Part shown: positions 11,519 through 21,977 of the stretch, in pieces
Numbering within the stretch: the stretch's first letter is position 1
Layout: the number at the start of each line of letters is the position of its first letter
Source of the DNA: Christensenellaceae bacterium
GTDB taxonomy: Bacteria > Bacillota > Clostridia > Christensenellales > Borkfalkiaceae
DNA: 48,250 nucleotides
Assembly: GCA_045659885.1 (NCBI GenBank)
Contig: JAZRCS010000062.1
Span: 1 to 48,250, forward strand
Reading direction: 5' to 3'
Translations under genes and position numbers: made by a program
The notes under the pieces: generated by a model
What the model was told of the DNA's origin: nothing
Databases searched by the model: none
What the model saw: only the letters and a program-made list of their open reading frames with translations

Positions 11519-13486
11519 TCAATTATCCTTGTTTTTTATTTCAAAATTATCTTCTTTGTTAAAGTTTGCGTGTTTTTGAATATAGGCTTTTCTATCTTCT
11601 ACCGAGTCGCCCATAAGCGTTGTAATTAACCTTTCGGCGTTTGCTCCGTCGTCAATAGTTACCCTAATTAACATACGCTTTTCGGGGTCTAAAGTCGTAT
11701 CCCATAATTGACTTGGGTTCATTTCACCTAAACCTTTATAGCGTTGAATTTTATAACCCCTACCAACTTTTTGTTGAGCAATTTCCCTTTCTTTTTCGTC
11801 GTAGGCGTATTCACATACCGAGCCGTTTTCTTTATAAACTTTATAAAGTGGTGGCATACCGATATATAAATGGCCTTCGCTTATCAACTTTGGCATATAC
11901 CTAAAAAAGAAAGTTAAAAGTAAACATCTAATATGATAACCGTCAACGTCGGCGTCGGATAAAATTATTACCTTGCCGTAATTTAAGCCGTTAATATCAA
12001 AATCTTGACCGATACCCGTACCAAGTGCTGATATTATCGTTTTCATTTCTTCGTTTTTCAAAACTTCGATTAATGAAGTCTTTTGCGAATTTTGTGGTTT
12101 ACCACGAAGTGGTAAAATTGCTTGGTGTTTTCTATCCCTTGCCTCTTTTGCACTACCACCTGCCGAATCACCTTCTACGATAAAGATTTCATTTTTTAAC
12201 GCGTCTTTACTTGAACAACCTGCAAGTTTACCTAAAAGTCTTGTGCTTTCTGCACCCGATTTTGCTCTATTTAATTCTTTAGTTTTTCTAATAGCCTCTC
12301 TTTCTTTTGCGGCGTTTAAAGCCTTGTCTAAAATAGTTTCAAAAATCTTTGCTTGTTTTTTATTTTTAGTTACTTCTAAAAGTCCGTTATAAGTACCACT
12401 TTCTACGGCTGGTCTTGCCTCAATGTTACCTAACTTTCCTTTAGTTTGTCCTTCAAATTGAACGTTTTTCATTTTAACGACGATTACGGCAGTTATGCCT
12501 ACCCTAAAATCTTCGCCGTTAAAAGATACGTCTTTATTTTTAGAATTACGATTTTCTTTTACGTATTCATTAAAAAATTTGGTTAAACCCATTTTAAAAC
12601 CGATATCGTGCATACCACCGTCAACCGTTGGTATATTGTTTACGAAAGAAAATATACTTTCGCTATAACCGTCGTTGTGTTGAAGGGCTATTTCCATATG
12701 AATACCGTTGTTTTCGCAACTTATATATATAGGTTGGTCGTATAATACGGCTTTACCGTCGTTAATATATTTAACGTAGTCACATACGCCACCTTCACTT
12801 TTAAAAATAATAGGCTCGGCTTTTTCGTTTTTACGCAAGTCGCAAAACACGATTTCTAAACCTTTATTTAAAAACGACGTTTCCCTTAACCTTGTTTGAA
12901 TTATGTCGCTTGAAAAGTCAACCGTTTCAAAAACTCTTGCATCGGGTTTAAATCTAACTAAAGTACCACGCTTAATAGTTTTAATACCCGTGTTTTTTAA
13001 AGGGGCTTTTCTTACGCCGGATAAAATTTTCTTTTGCTCTTTATCTTCATAAGAAGAAAATTCCATTTGATATATAGTTTTGTTGTAAACTTCAACTTTA
13101 AGCCACTCGCTTAAAGCGTTAGTAACCGACGCGCCTACGCCGTGTAAACCACCTGAAAATTGATAGTTTTCACTATTAAATTTACCACCTGCGTGAAGTT
13201 GAGTAAAGATAACTTCTACGCCACTAATGCCAGCCTCTGGGTGAATATCAACGGGCATGCCCCTACCGTCGTCTTCAACAGACGCGCTACCATCAGCGTG
13301 AAGTGTTACGGTAACTTTTTTTGCATAACCGTTTGCAGCCTCGTCAACCGAGTTGTCTATTATTTCCCATAAAATATGGTGAAGCCCTTTTGAACCCGTT
13401 GAACCGATATACATACCCGGTCTTGTTCTAACAGCCTCTAAACCTTTTAAAATTTGAATATCTTGTGAACTGTAAGATTTAGCCAA
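11519..13486 (-). CDS. parE: DNA topoisomerase IV subunit B
   Basis: [32 protein letters not shown] (Toprim) and LPLRGK motifs. I place the start at TTG 13486: GGAGG (13499-13495) sits 8 nt upstream, whereas the track start TTG 13501 overlaps that SD. Confidence 0.88.
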   Translation of the reverse strand: MAKSYSSQDIQILKGLEAVRTRPGMYIGSTGSKGLHHILWEIIDNSVDEAANGYAKKVTVTLHADGSASVEDDGRGMPVDIHPEAGISGVEVIFTQLHAGGKFNSENYQFSGGLHGVGASVTNALSEWLKVEVYNKTIYQMEFSSYEDKEQKKILSGVRKAPLKNTGIKTIKRGTLVRFKPDARVFETVDFSSDIIQTRLRETSFLNKGLEIVFCDLRKNEKAEPIIFKSEGGVCDYVKYINDGKAVLYDQPIYISCENNGIHMEIALQHNDGYSESIFSFVNNIPTVDGGMHDIGFKMGLTKFFNEYVKENRNSKNKDVSFNGEDFRVGITAVIVVKMKNVQFEGQTKGKLGNIEARPAVESGTYNGLLEVTKNKKQAKIFETILDKALNAAKEREAIRKTKELNRAKSGAESTRLLGKLAGCSSKDALKNEIFIVEGDSAGGSAKEARDRKHQAILPLRGKPQNSQKTSLIEVLKNEEMKTIISALGTGIGQDFDINGLNYGKVIILSDADVDGYHIRCLLLTFFFRYMPKLISEGHLYIGMPPLYKVYKENGSVCEYAYDEKEREIAQQKVGRGYKIQRYKGLGEMNPSQLWDTTLDPEKRMLIRVTIDDGANAERLITTLMGDSVEDRKAYIQKHANFNKEDNFEIKNKDN

Positions 13487-13571
13487 AACAAATGCCTCCA
13501 ACTTTTAAAATTATCTAAATTTGCCCTTTTAAAATTATATAATTTTAAGCAAGACTTTTCATTATACTAAT

Positions 13572-13600
13572 ATTTTACCACAATATATAGTATTTTTCAA
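13572..13600 (-). promoter_or_regulatory. Sigma-A-type promoter for parE-parC
   Basis: On minus: TTGAAA (13600-13595), 17 nt, TAAAAT (13577-13572), preceded by TGG (extended -10-like). Confidence 0.45.
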
Positions 13601-13611
13601 CTAAAAATAAT

Positions 13612-13641
13612 AAAAAAACGCCATATATTTGGCGTTTTTTA
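13612..13641 (-). terminator. Intrinsic terminator after the aldose epimerase gene
   Basis: CGCCA (13619-13623) / TGGCG (13630-13634), extended by an A-run/T-run. Short stem, flanked by A7 and T6. Confidence 0.6.
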
Positions 13642-13663
13642 TCATATGAATTTTATTGTCTTT

Positions 13664-14557
13664 TTAATAAAAAGTTACCGAGTGGTAATAAGTTTTCATT
13701 TGACCTTTTTCTAACTTTTCAATACCCTTTTTCTCGCTCAAAACGTGAGTGCTTTTTTCAATATCGTCGTCAAGCCCACTCCAAGGTTCGATTGCTAAAA
13801 AGTCGGCGTCAATGATGGTCCACATAACTAAGTGTTCAAAATCGTTATAGTAGGTAGATAAAATAGGCTCGCCTTTATGTAATAAAGTCGCCTTTTTTGA
13901 AGGTATATTTTCTATAATTACAGAGTCGCCCGACGGTAAGCCGTTTGGCATAATGGTTTTTGAGTCAAAATAGCCTTTTTTTAAAGGAAAATCGCCGTTA
14001 TTAGTTGGTAATTCGTATATATTTTCAATAATTAAACCTTCAACGATTGTTGTTGATTTTACAGTTTCACCCTTTTCAAATAAAATCGAGTGATTTTCAA
14101 GGTCAATTCCATCAATTTTGTAAGCCTCGTGGCCACCTACGTTATAATACATAGTTTTATCACCGACGTTTTCAACGATATAGAAAGTTTGCATACTGTC
14201 TTTATTTAACTTGTACATCACCTTAAACGCAAAATCAAACGGATAAGACTTTTTTGTTTCTTCATTAGATTTTAATAAAAAAGTTGCCGAAGTCTTTTCG
14301 TTTGAGATAAGTTCAAACTCACTTTTCCAAGCAAAACCGTGAATTTTCATATCGTAACGCACGCCTTCGTGCGTGTAATAATTGTCTTTCAACCTACCAC
14401 AAATAGGGAAAAGTACGGGACTATGACAATTCCAAACGTTAGGGTCGGCGTTCCATAACTTTTCTTCACCTAAATATTTAATAGACTGTACTTCTGCGCC
14501 GTAAGTTGAAATAACTACTTGTAAACAATCATTTTGTATGGTAATTAATTTTGACAT
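13664..14557 (-). CDS. Aldose 1-epimerase family protein (galactose mutarotase-like)
   Basis: About 297 aa from ATG 14557 (AAGGAG SD 7 nt upstream; the track start 14587 lacks one). SPVLFPICGRL and HGFAW are mutarotase-fold motifs. Confidence 0.78.
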   Translation of the reverse strand: MSKLITIQNDCLQVVISTYGAEVQSIKYLGEEKLWNADPNVWNCHSPVLFPICGRLKDNYYTHEGVRYDMKIHGFAWKSEFELISNEKTSATFLLKSNEETKKSYPFDFAFKVMYKLNKDSMQTFYIVENVGDKTMYYNVGGHEAYKIDGIDLENHSILFEKGETVKSTTIVEGLIIENIYELPTNNGDFPLKKGYFDSKTIMPNGLPSGDSVIIENIPSKKATLLHKGEPILSTYYNDFEHLVMWTIIDADFLAIEPWSGLDDDIEKSTHVLSEKKGIEKLEKGQMKTYYHSVTFY

Positions 14558-14659
14558 AAATTTCTCCTTGCGATAATATTTTAGCATTACTTAAAATCTT
14601 TGTCAATGCACTAAAAAAACTTTTAATAAATAATAAATTACTTTATTTTATAAAAACCT

Positions 14660-14688
14660 TTTACAAAACAAAAAAAAAGTGGTATACT
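14660..14688 (+). promoter_or_regulatory. Sigma-A-type promoter for leuS (extended -10)
   Basis: TTTACA (14660-14665), 17 nt, TGgTATACT (-10 at 14683-14688). Confidence 0.5.
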
Positions 14689-14734
14689 GTATAGACATTG
14701 TAATTAATTTTACTTTGTAGGAGATTTTTTTATT

Positions 14735-17173
14735 ATGAACATGCATGAAATTGAAAAAAAATGGCAACAAAGATGGGAAAAAAGCAAAATTAATAATTTT
14801 GACAAAAAAAATATTGACAAAAAATATTATTGCTTAGAAATGTTTTCATACCCTTCTGCTGCAAAACTTCACGTTGGCCACTGGTATAACTACGGCCCTA
14901 CCGACAGTTTTGCAAGATATAAGAAAATGAAAGGTTATGAAATTTTTCAACCTATGGGCTTTGACGCTTTTGGTCTTCCTGCTGAAAACTACGCTATTAA
15001 AACGGGCGTTCATCCATTAGACTCTACTGTTTCTAACATTGAAACGATGGAAAATACTTTACGCGATATGGGCGCTATGTTCGACTGGTCGCAAGAAATT
15101 AAAACTTGTATGCCCGACTATTATAAGTGGACACAATGGATTTTCTTACAACTTTACAAAAACGGTCTTGCATACAGAAAAGAAGCCCCTGTTAACTGGT
15201 GTCCAAGTTGTCAAACGGTACTTGCTAACGAACAAGTTATTCAAGGCGAGTGTGAAAGATGCCACTCAACTGTAATTCAAAAAAATCTTACACAATGGTT
15301 TTTTAAAATCACTAACTACGCCGAAGAACTTTTACAAGGTTTAGATAATCTTGACTGGCCTGAAAAAACTAAGGCTATGCAAAGAAACTGGATAGGCAAA
15401 TCTATCGGTGGCGAAATTTTATTTAAGTGTGAAAACGGCGAAGACGAATTTAAGGTATTCACTACGAGAGCCGATACGGTATTCGGCGTTTCTTACGTTG
15501 TATTAGCGCCTGAACACCCACTCGTTAAAAAGTTAATGACTAAAAAACAAAGTGAAGAAGTTTTAGCCTACATTGATTACACTTCAAAAACTAAGGAAAT
15601 TGACAGACTTTCACTTGATAGGGAAAAAACTGGCGTATTTACCGGCGCTTACTGCATCAACCCTGTAAACGGTAAAAAAGTTCCTATTTGGATTAGTGAT
15701 TACGTGCTTTATTCTTACGGTACAGGTTGTGTAATGGGTGTTCCAGCACACGACGAAAGAGACTTTGTATTTGCTAACAAATACAATTTACCTATTACGA
15801 GAGTTATTAAGAGCGCTAACGGTCAAAACGACGATTTACCGTACTGCGACGACGGTATCGTTGTAAACAGTATTGATTACGACGGCTTAACAAGCGAAGA
15901 AGCAAGAAAGAAAATTTTAAGCGACTTAAACAACAAATCAAGTGGCTCGTTTAAAATTAACTATCGTTTAAGGGACTGGCTTGTTTCACGTCAAAGATAC
16001 TGGGGCGCACCTATTCCTATGGTGTATTGTGAGAAATGTGGCGAAGTTGCCGTACCAGAAGAACAACTTCCCGTTCAACTTCCTTACGACGTTGAATTTA
16101 AACCTGACGGAAAATCTCCACTTGCTAAATGCGAAGAATTCGTTAAATGCAAATGTCCAAAATGTGGAGGCGACGCTCAAAGGGACGTTGACACACTTGA
16201 TACTTTCGTTTGCTCAAGTTGGTATTTCTTAAGATATCCAGACGCTCATAACGACAAACAACCTTGGGATAAAAATATTATTAATAAAATGCTTCCAGTT
16301 GATAAATACGTTGGTGGCGCAGAACACGCTTGTATGCACCTTTTATACGCGCGTTTCTTCACTAAAGCGTTAAGAGATATGGGTTATTTAGATTTTGACG
16401 AACCGTTTAAATCACTCGTTCACCAAGGCGTTATTTTAGGACCTGACGGAAATAGAATGAGTAAATCGAAAGGCAACGTTATTTCTCCTGACGATTACGT
16501 TAAAGAGTACGGTTCTGATATTTTTAGACTTTACTTAATGTTTGGTTTCTCTTATACCGAAGGTGGTCCTTGGAACGACGGTGGTATTAAATCAACTGCT
16601 AAATTCTTAGACAGAGTTGAAAAAATAGTGCTTTCGGTTAACAACGCTAAAAACAATAAAGTTACTACCTTTGAAAGCCAAGAAAAACAACTTAATTACG
16701 TAAGAAACTACACTATCAAAAACGTTGATAGAGATATTAATAACTTCTCTTTCAATACTGCAGTTGCAAGACTTATGGAATACGTTACTGCTCTTTACAA
16801 GTACGACACTTTAGATTATTCGGTTAAAAATATTACTTTCTTAAAAGAGTGCGTTAAAGACTTAATTTTACTTATTGCTCCTTTTGCTCCACACTTTGCC
16901 GAAGAATTATGGGAAATTACGGGCAATAAAAAATCGGTATTTTTAGAAAGTTACCCTGTTTGCGACGAAAGTGCTTTAATTAAAGACGAAATTGAAGTTG
17001 CTATTCAAATTAACAGTAAAGTTAGGGGTAAAATGGTAATTTCTTCTTCACTTTCAAACGAAGACATTGAAAAGTTAGCATTAGAAAATGAAATTATCGC
17101 TAAACAACTTGAAGGAAAGCAAGTTAAAAAAGTAATAATTATTAAAGGTAGACTTGTTAATATTATTGCTTAA
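14735..17173 (+). CDS. leuS: Leucine--tRNA ligase
   Basis: 812 aa. HVGH (HIGH-type) motif in [18 protein letters not shown] (KMSKS), CP1 editing insertion. AGGAG SD. Confidence 0.96.
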   Translation: MNMHEIEKKWQQRWEKSKINNFDKKNIDKKYYCLEMFSYPSAAKLHVGHWYNYGPTDSFARYKKMKGYEIFQPMGFDAFGLPAENYAIKTGVHPLDSTVSNIETMENTLRDMGAMFDWSQEIKTCMPDYYKWTQWIFLQLYKNGLAYRKEAPVNWCPSCQTVLANEQVIQGECERCHSTVIQKNLTQWFFKITNYAEELLQGLDNLDWPEKTKAMQRNWIGKSIGGEILFKCENGEDEFKVFTTRADTVFGVSYVVLAPEHPLVKKLMTKKQSEEVLAYIDYTSKTKEIDRLSLDREKTGVFTGAYCINPVNGKKVPIWISDYVLYSYGTGCVMGVPAHDERDFVFANKYNLPITRVIKSANGQNDDLPYCDDGIVVNSIDYDGLTSEEARKKILSDLNNKSSGSFKINYRLRDWLVSRQRYWGAPIPMVYCEKCGEVAVPEEQLPVQLPYDVEFKPDGKSPLAKCEEFVKCKCPKCGGDAQRDVDTLDTFVCSSWYFLRYPDAHNDKQPWDKNIINKMLPVDKYVGGAEHACMHLLYARFFTKALRDMGYLDFDEPFKSLVHQGVILGPDGNRMSKSKGNVISPDDYVKEYGSDIFRLYLMFGFSYTEGGPWNDGGIKSTAKFLDRVEKIVLSVNNAKNNKVTTFESQEKQLNYVRNYTIKNVDRDINNFSFNTAVARLMEYVTALYKYDTLDYSVKNITFLKECVKDLILLIAPFAPHFAEELWEITGNKKSVFLESYPVCDESALIKDEIEVAIQINSKVRGKMVISSSLSNEDIEKLALENEIIAKQLEGKQVKKVIIIKGRLVNIIA

Positions 17174-17181
17174 ACTAAATT

Positions 17182-17210
17182 AAAAAGCGTTGCTCGAGCA
17201 ACGCTTTTTC
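17182..17210 (+). terminator. Intrinsic terminator of leuS
   Basis: Perfect palindrome AGCGTTGCTC/GAGCAACGCT (17186-17205) followed by TTTTT. Confidence 0.78.
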
Positions 17211-17234
17211 TTTATACTATAAACATTATATTAT

Positions 17235-17265
17235 AAAAGACAAACGTTTTTTACGTTTGCCTTTT
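17235..17265 (-). terminator. Intrinsic terminator of proS
   Basis: On minus: AAAAGGCAAACG-TAAAAAA-CGTTTGTCTTTT (one G.U pair), then a T-rich tail. Confidence 0.68.
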
Positions 17266-17270
17266 CTATT

Positions 17271-18968
17271 TTATATATTTTTTAAAATTTCTTCAAATGC
17301 AGTATCTATAGGCGCTGAAATTGAAAAACTCTTATCCCTTGCAACTATTTCAACTACACCGTTTTTAATATTTCTTGGACTTATTATAACCCTTAATGGA
17401 ACGCCAAGCAAATCTGCATCCGAGAACATTATGCCTGCGCTTACGTTTCTATCGTCGTAAATAACTTCAACACCCTTTTCTAATAAATCATTATACAATT
17501 TATCTGCGCACGCTTTAACTTCTTCATTATCAGCACGAACAGCGCATAAATGTACTTGATAAGGCGCTATTGCTTTTGGCCAAATAGGACCAAAGTTATC
17601 GTGATGAACTTCTAAAATCGATGCTGCAAGACGACCAACGCCTATTCCGTAACAACCCATTATAGGATATGCCGAATTACCTTGACTATCAACGTAAGTC
17701 ATATTCATAGATTTCGTGTATTTTGTGCCTAATTGAAATATGTTACCAACTTCAACGCCACGAGAAATCGTAATTGAGTGCTTACCACAGTTTGGACAAA
17801 TCCCACCTTCTTGAATTTTAGCAAAGTCGTAGTATTCAACGTTTTGTAAATCTCTATCCATATCAAGTCCCGTATAGTGATAGTCTATTTCGTTAGCACC
17901 ACATACAAGATTGTTCATACCTTTTAAAGAGTGGTCAAACAACACTATAGCGTCACTTTTAAGATTAATAGGTCCTATAAAACCTGCAACGATACCACAG
18001 TCTTCAGTAATTTCAGCAGGGTGAATATCAAAGCCTAAATGGTTTGTTAATTTAGTTTCGTTTACTTCTAAATCACCACGCAAGAATAACACGATATACT
18101 TATCGTCGGCGTTCCTTTGATATACTACTGCTTTACAAGACGACTTTTGGTCGCAGTTTAAGTACGAACATACTTCTTCAATAGTATGTTGATTTGGAGT
18201 ATGCACTTTTTCAAGTTGTTTTGAAGGAGCAGTTCTTTCATATTCGATAATATTTGCGGCAGCCTCCATATTAGCACGATAGTCACATTCTTTACATATA
18301 ACTACTGAATCTTCACCGATATCGGTTAAAAGCATAAATTCGTGTGAAACGCTACCACCCATCATACCCGAATCCGACTTAACCGAAACTACGTCTTTAA
18401 TACCAACTCTTTCAAAAATACGCTCGTAAGCTTTGTGGCATTTTTTGTAATATTCTTCTAAATCTTCTTGGCTTGTGTGGAAAGAATAAGCGTCTTTCAT
18501 TGTAAATTCACGCACACGTAAAAGACCTGATTTTGGCCTTGCTTCGTCACGGAATTTAGTTTGAATTTGATATACCATAAAAGGATATTTATTGTAAGTT
18601 TGACCGTATTCCCTTACAAGTTGAACGGCGGCCTCTTCGTGCGTCATACCTAAAACGAGTGGATTGTCGTTTCTATCTGTAAAACGCGCCATTTCTTTGC
18701 CGATACTTTCGTATCTGCCCGATTCTTGCCATAAAGTCGCCGGCATTACTACAGGGAATTGAACTTCTTGACCGTCAATTTTATCCATTTCTTCACGGAT
18801 AATTTGCTCGATTTTACGAGTAATTCTTTTTAACGGCATATACGAAGAAAAAATACCGTTTGCTACGTATTTTATATAACCACCACGTACCATTAAAGCG
18901 TGACTGTCAACAGTACAATCCGAAGGTCTTTCTTTAAACCTTTCGCCTACTAATTTATCTAATTTCAT
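17271..18968 (-). CDS. proS: Proline--tRNA ligase (bacterial type with editing insertion)
   Basis: 565 aa. Class II motifs (FRDE..PKSGLLRVREFTMKDAYSF; GCYGIGVGR) and a C-terminal anticodon-binding domain. GGGGG SD. Confidence 0.96.
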   Translation of the reverse strand: MKLDKLVGERFKERPSDCTVDSHALMVRGGYIKYVANGIFSSYMPLKRITRKIEQIIREEMDKIDGQEVQFPVVMPATLWQESGRYESIGKEMARFTDRNDNPLVLGMTHEEAAVQLVREYGQTYNKYPFMVYQIQTKFRDEARPKSGLLRVREFTMKDAYSFHTSQEDLEEYYKKCHKAYERIFERVGIKDVVSVKSDSGMMGGSVSHEFMLLTDIGEDSVVICKECDYRANMEAAANIIEYERTAPSKQLEKVHTPNQHTIEEVCSYLNCDQKSSCKAVVYQRNADDKYIVLFLRGDLEVNETKLTNHLGFDIHPAEITEDCGIVAGFIGPINLKSDAIVLFDHSLKGMNNLVCGANEIDYHYTGLDMDRDLQNVEYYDFAKIQEGGICPNCGKHSITISRGVEVGNIFQLGTKYTKSMNMTYVDSQGNSAYPIMGCYGIGVGRLAASILEVHHDNFGPIWPKAIAPYQVHLCAVRADNEEVKACADKLYNDLLEKGVEVIYDDRNVSAGIMFSDADLLGVPLRVIISPRNIKNGVVEIVARDKSFSISAPIDTAFEEILKNI

Positions 18969-18995
18969 AAGGATACCCCCTTTAAATTGTCTATT

Positions 18996-19262
18996 AAAAA
19001 TAAAAAACCCTAAACTAATTTTAATTAGTTTAGGGCGAACTGTTTAGTCCGTGTTACCACCTAAATTCGAGCGTTACGCTCGCACTTTACGGCAAAAGCC
19101 TACTCTATTACGGGAGTGCCCGTCAACGCTTACTAAATACTTGTTCGGCGCGAAGCTCCAAGGCTGGTTGGGTAACTTTTAGTTAAGGGCTTGCACCAAA
19201 CGCCCCCTCTCTAAAAACTTTAAGTAACTTACTATTCCTTTTCTTAGCATTTATATTTAATT
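18996..19262 (-). promoter_or_regulatory. T-box riboswitch leader controlling proS
   Basis: On minus: AGAGAG and GGTGCAA stem-I elements, then the T-box sequence AATTTAGGTGGTAACACGG (19067-19049). A terminator follows: CCCTAAACTAATT-AA-AATTAGTTTAGGG (19035-19008) plus TTTTTT. Proline codons CCC/CCA sit on the 3' side of stem I (19172-19165). Confidence 0.85.
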
Positions 19263-19268
19263 ATATTT

Positions 19269-19297
19269 ATTTTATCATAGATAAAAAACAAAGTCAA
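19269..19297 (-). promoter_or_regulatory. Sigma-A-type promoter for the proS T-box leader
   Basis: On minus: TTGACT (19297-19292), 17 nt, TAAAAT (19274-19269). Confidence 0.5.
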
Positions 19298-19311
19298 ATA
19301 TTTTACTTAAC

Positions 19312-21519
19312 TTATACGACTTTAAGTCTATTTCTCATAGAATTTAAAATTGCTAAAATTAAAATTCCTACGTCTGCGCCTATTGCTAAGTACAAACTCG
19401 TGCTTAAACCTACTATTGCTAAAACGCCTATTATTAATTTAACCAACAATGAAACGATTATGTTTTGTTTTGCAATTTTATTAGTTCTTTTTGCAATTTT
19501 AATTAAAAACGGAATTTTTGATAAGTCGTCGTTTGATATTACAACGTCGGCGCTGTCTATAGATAAATCACTGCCTATTCCACCCATAGCAATACCTATA
19601 TCTGCCCTTGTTAACGACGGTGCGTCGTTTATTCCGTCACCCACGAAAGCAACTTTTTTGTTTCTATTTTGACTAATTAAACTTTCAATTTCATTAACTT
19701 TATCTTGTGGCAATAAGTTTGAAACAGACTGTTTCATTTGTAATTCTTTTCTTATTTTTACGGCGTATTCCTTATTATCGCCCGTCAACATAACGGTATT
19801 TTCAACGCCTGCATCGTAAAGTTCTAAAATTGCGCCTTTTGCTTTATCTCTAATTTTATCGTTTAAAATTATCACGCCTACATATTCGTTGTCAACGGCA
19901 AGATAAAGTTTCATACCTGTATCTTTATTTTCAATAAATTTAACTTGATTTTCGCTTAATAATTGACTGTTACCACATAAGATTTTTTGACCGTTATATT
20001 CGCAAGATATTCCCCTACCTGCAATTTCGGTATAATTTGTAACGCCGTCAATTACTTTATTTGCCTTTTCTTTTATAGCAACGGCAATAGGATGAGTTGA
20101 ATATTGCTCGGCTATATTTGCATATTCTAAAACCTTGCCTTTATATTTTTCTACTGCTTGAATTTTAGTAATTTCAAACTTACCTTCGGTAAGCGTTCCC
20201 GTTTTATCAAAGGCTATAATCTTACATTTTGATAAACTTTCTAAGTAATTCGAGCCCTTAACTAATACACCGTTTAACGCACAATTACCTAAACCACAAA
20301 AATAAGTGAGTGGCACGGAAATTGCTATCGAGCAAGGACAAGATATACATAAAAGCATTATTCCTTTTAAGGCAAAATCGATTAAATATGAAGAATAATC
20401 TTCGGTAAATATAGGTCCAACAAAAGTTACTAAAAGTGCTAATAACAACACTATAGGCGTATAATACTTAGAAAACTTTTCAATAAACTTTTCGCTTTTT
20501 GACTTTTTCTCTTTAGAAGTTTCGACTATCTTTATAATTTTATTTATTGCGCTTTCTTCAAAAGTTTTTGTCGTTTTTATTTTTAATACGCCGTCGGTAC
20601 TTATATAACCACCTAAAACTTCGTCGCCAACTTCAACGGTTTTTAAAGTACTTTCACCCGTTAAGGCTTTTGCGTCAACGCTTGCTTTACCTTCAATTAT
20701 TACGCCGTCAATAGCAACCTTTTCACCTGCTTTTACTATAATTATTTGGCCTACTTCAACTTGGCTTGGATTAACCGTTATAGTCTTTCCTTCTTCGTTT
20801 AATAAATTTACCGTCAACGGATTAAGATTTTTTAATTTTTCGATAACTTTTTTAGAATTATCTACCATACCATCTTCAAAAAGTTCGCCGATAGTATAAA
20901 GCATCATAATAACGACTGCCTCGACAGCGTGCCCTACGGCTATTGCCGATAACGACGCAATACTCATAAGCAAGTTTTCGTTAAAATATTTTTTATTAAT
21001 AATTTTGTTTATTGCCTCAAATATAACTTCGTATCCTACTACTACGAAAGCAACTACTTGAACGTAACCTGCAACTAATTCGTTTACAAGCGACGAAACG
21101 AAAAAACTTGCTATTAATAAAACGAAAGATATTCCAAGTTGAATAATTTTAACTTTCCTTTCTTTTTCTTCGTCCTCGTCTTCTTTTTCGTCTTCTTTTT
21201 CGTCTTCGCCATCGTTAAATTGACAGTCTACTTCTTCTGCTTCTTCAAAACTTTCTACTTCTTTTTGACTTTGAACGACGATTTGGCTTTCTTCAACTTC
21301 TTCGTCTTCAAACAACGGCTCGGCATCAATATTTTTATCTTCTAAAATATTTAAAATTGAAACCATTACGTCGTAATCGTTAGCAGTTTCTAAAATTTCG
21401 TAAAATAAAACGTTTTCCTTAATTTCAACGCTTTTTAAACCTTTTACTTTTTCAAGAATTTCGTTTGTAAAATTAATTTGTTGATTAATTGTGTTTATTT
21501 TTATTCTGCCTATTTTCAT
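19312..21519 (-). CDS. Heavy-metal-translocating P-type ATPase, P1B-2 (Zn/Cd/Pb-type) signature
   Basis: CPCSIAISVP (CPCx4SxP), Nx7K (NIIVSLLVK), DVG in the last TM, DKTGTLT, GDGINDAP. I place the start at ATG 21519 (GGGGGA SD); the track start 21543 overlaps arsR. Confidence 0.9.
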   Translation of the reverse strand: MKIGRIKINTINQQINFTNEILEKVKGLKSVEIKENVLFYEILETANDYDVMVSILNILEDKNIDAEPLFEDEEVEESQIVVQSQKEVESFEEAEEVDCQFNDGEDEKEDEKEDEDEEKERKVKIIQLGISFVLLIASFFVSSLVNELVAGYVQVVAFVVVGYEVIFEAINKIINKKYFNENLLMSIASLSAIAVGHAVEAVVIMMLYTIGELFEDGMVDNSKKVIEKLKNLNPLTVNLLNEEGKTITVNPSQVEVGQIIIVKAGEKVAIDGVIIEGKASVDAKALTGESTLKTVEVGDEVLGGYISTDGVLKIKTTKTFEESAINKIIKIVETSKEKKSKSEKFIEKFSKYYTPIVLLLALLVTFVGPIFTEDYSSYLIDFALKGIMLLCISCPCSIAISVPLTYFCGLGNCALNGVLVKGSNYLESLSKCKIIAFDKTGTLTEGKFEITKIQAVEKYKGKVLEYANIAEQYSTHPIAVAIKEKANKVIDGVTNYTEIAGRGISCEYNGQKILCGNSQLLSENQVKFIENKDTGMKLYLAVDNEYVGVIILNDKIRDKAKGAILELYDAGVENTVMLTGDNKEYAVKIRKELQMKQSVSNLLPQDKVNEIESLISQNRNKKVAFVGDGINDAPSLTRADIGIAMGGIGSDLSIDSADVVISNDDLSKIPFLIKIAKRTNKIAKQNIIVSLLVKLIIGVLAIVGLSTSLYLAIGADVGILILAILNSMRNRLKVV

Positions 21520-21532
21520 AATTCCCCCGAAA

Positions 21533-21832
21533 TTAACAATCAAGATGTTTTATAGACGTTTCAATAACGTCGCTTATATGCTCGTCGGCTACGTAATAGT
21601 AGTTAACGTTAGCGTCACGCCTTAACTTGATAATGCGCGCGTCTTTTAATATGCGCAAATGATGTGAAGTTGCAGACTGCCCTAAATTTACGTGTTGACT
21701 TATTGCCGTTACGCTTTTTTCGCCGTTTGATAAAAATAAAATTATTTTTAACCTATTAACGTCGGCTAACGCTTTAAAATCATTACATAAACTTTCTAAA
21801 TGACTTTGGCTTAAATTAAAATTTTTATCCAT
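21533..21832 (-). CDS. ArsR/SmtB-family metalloregulator
   Basis: 99 aa. wHTH LADVNRLKIILFL...SVTAIS...GQSATSHHLRILKDA. C-terminal DEHx10HLDC matches alpha-5-site spacing (DxHx10Hxx[H/E]), with Cys at the last ligand position. GGAG SD. Confidence 0.88.
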   Translation of the reverse strand: MDKNFNLSQSHLESLCNDFKALADVNRLKIILFLSNGEKSVTAISQHVNLGQSATSHHLRILKDARIIKLRRDANVNYYYVADEHISDVIETSIKHLDC

Positions 21833-21871
21833 TTATTCTCCTTAATAAAACGAATATCAAAATATATTAAT

Positions 21872-21900
21872 ATTCTAATATACTATTTAAAATTTGTCAA
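21872..21900 (-). promoter_or_regulatory. Sigma-A-type promoter for the arsR-ATPase operon, with overlapping palindrome
   Basis: On minus: TTGACA (21900-21895), 17 nt, TAGAAT (21877-21872). The 10-bp palindrome ATATTAATAT (21864-21873) overlaps the -10/TSS and is a possible autoregulatory operator. AT-rich, so weak evidence. Confidence 0.42.
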
Positions 21901-21948
21901 GAACTTAGATTAAAATTTTTTGTATTAAAAATAATATAGCAAAAACCC

Positions 21949-21977
21949 TTGAAATAAAACTTAAAAAATGTTATTAT
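21949..21977 (+). promoter_or_regulatory. Sigma-A-type promoter for the plus-strand P-type ATPase
   Basis: TTGAAA (21949-21954), 17 nt, TATTAT (21972-21977). Confidence 0.45.

Noticed and set aside
14588-14734. Possible T-box leaders for leuS and for metG (38500-38608), as occur in many Firmicutes.
   Set aside because: The leaders are far too short. I found no GGTGGTA-type T-box sequence or terminator/antiterminator pair in either region.
21170-21210. A 12-nt tandem repeat (TTCTTTTTCGTC-like) that could be mistaken for a non-coding microsatellite.
   Set aside because: It is in frame within the P1B ATPase N-terminus and encodes EDEKEDEK. I treat it under the ATPase finding rather than as a separate element.
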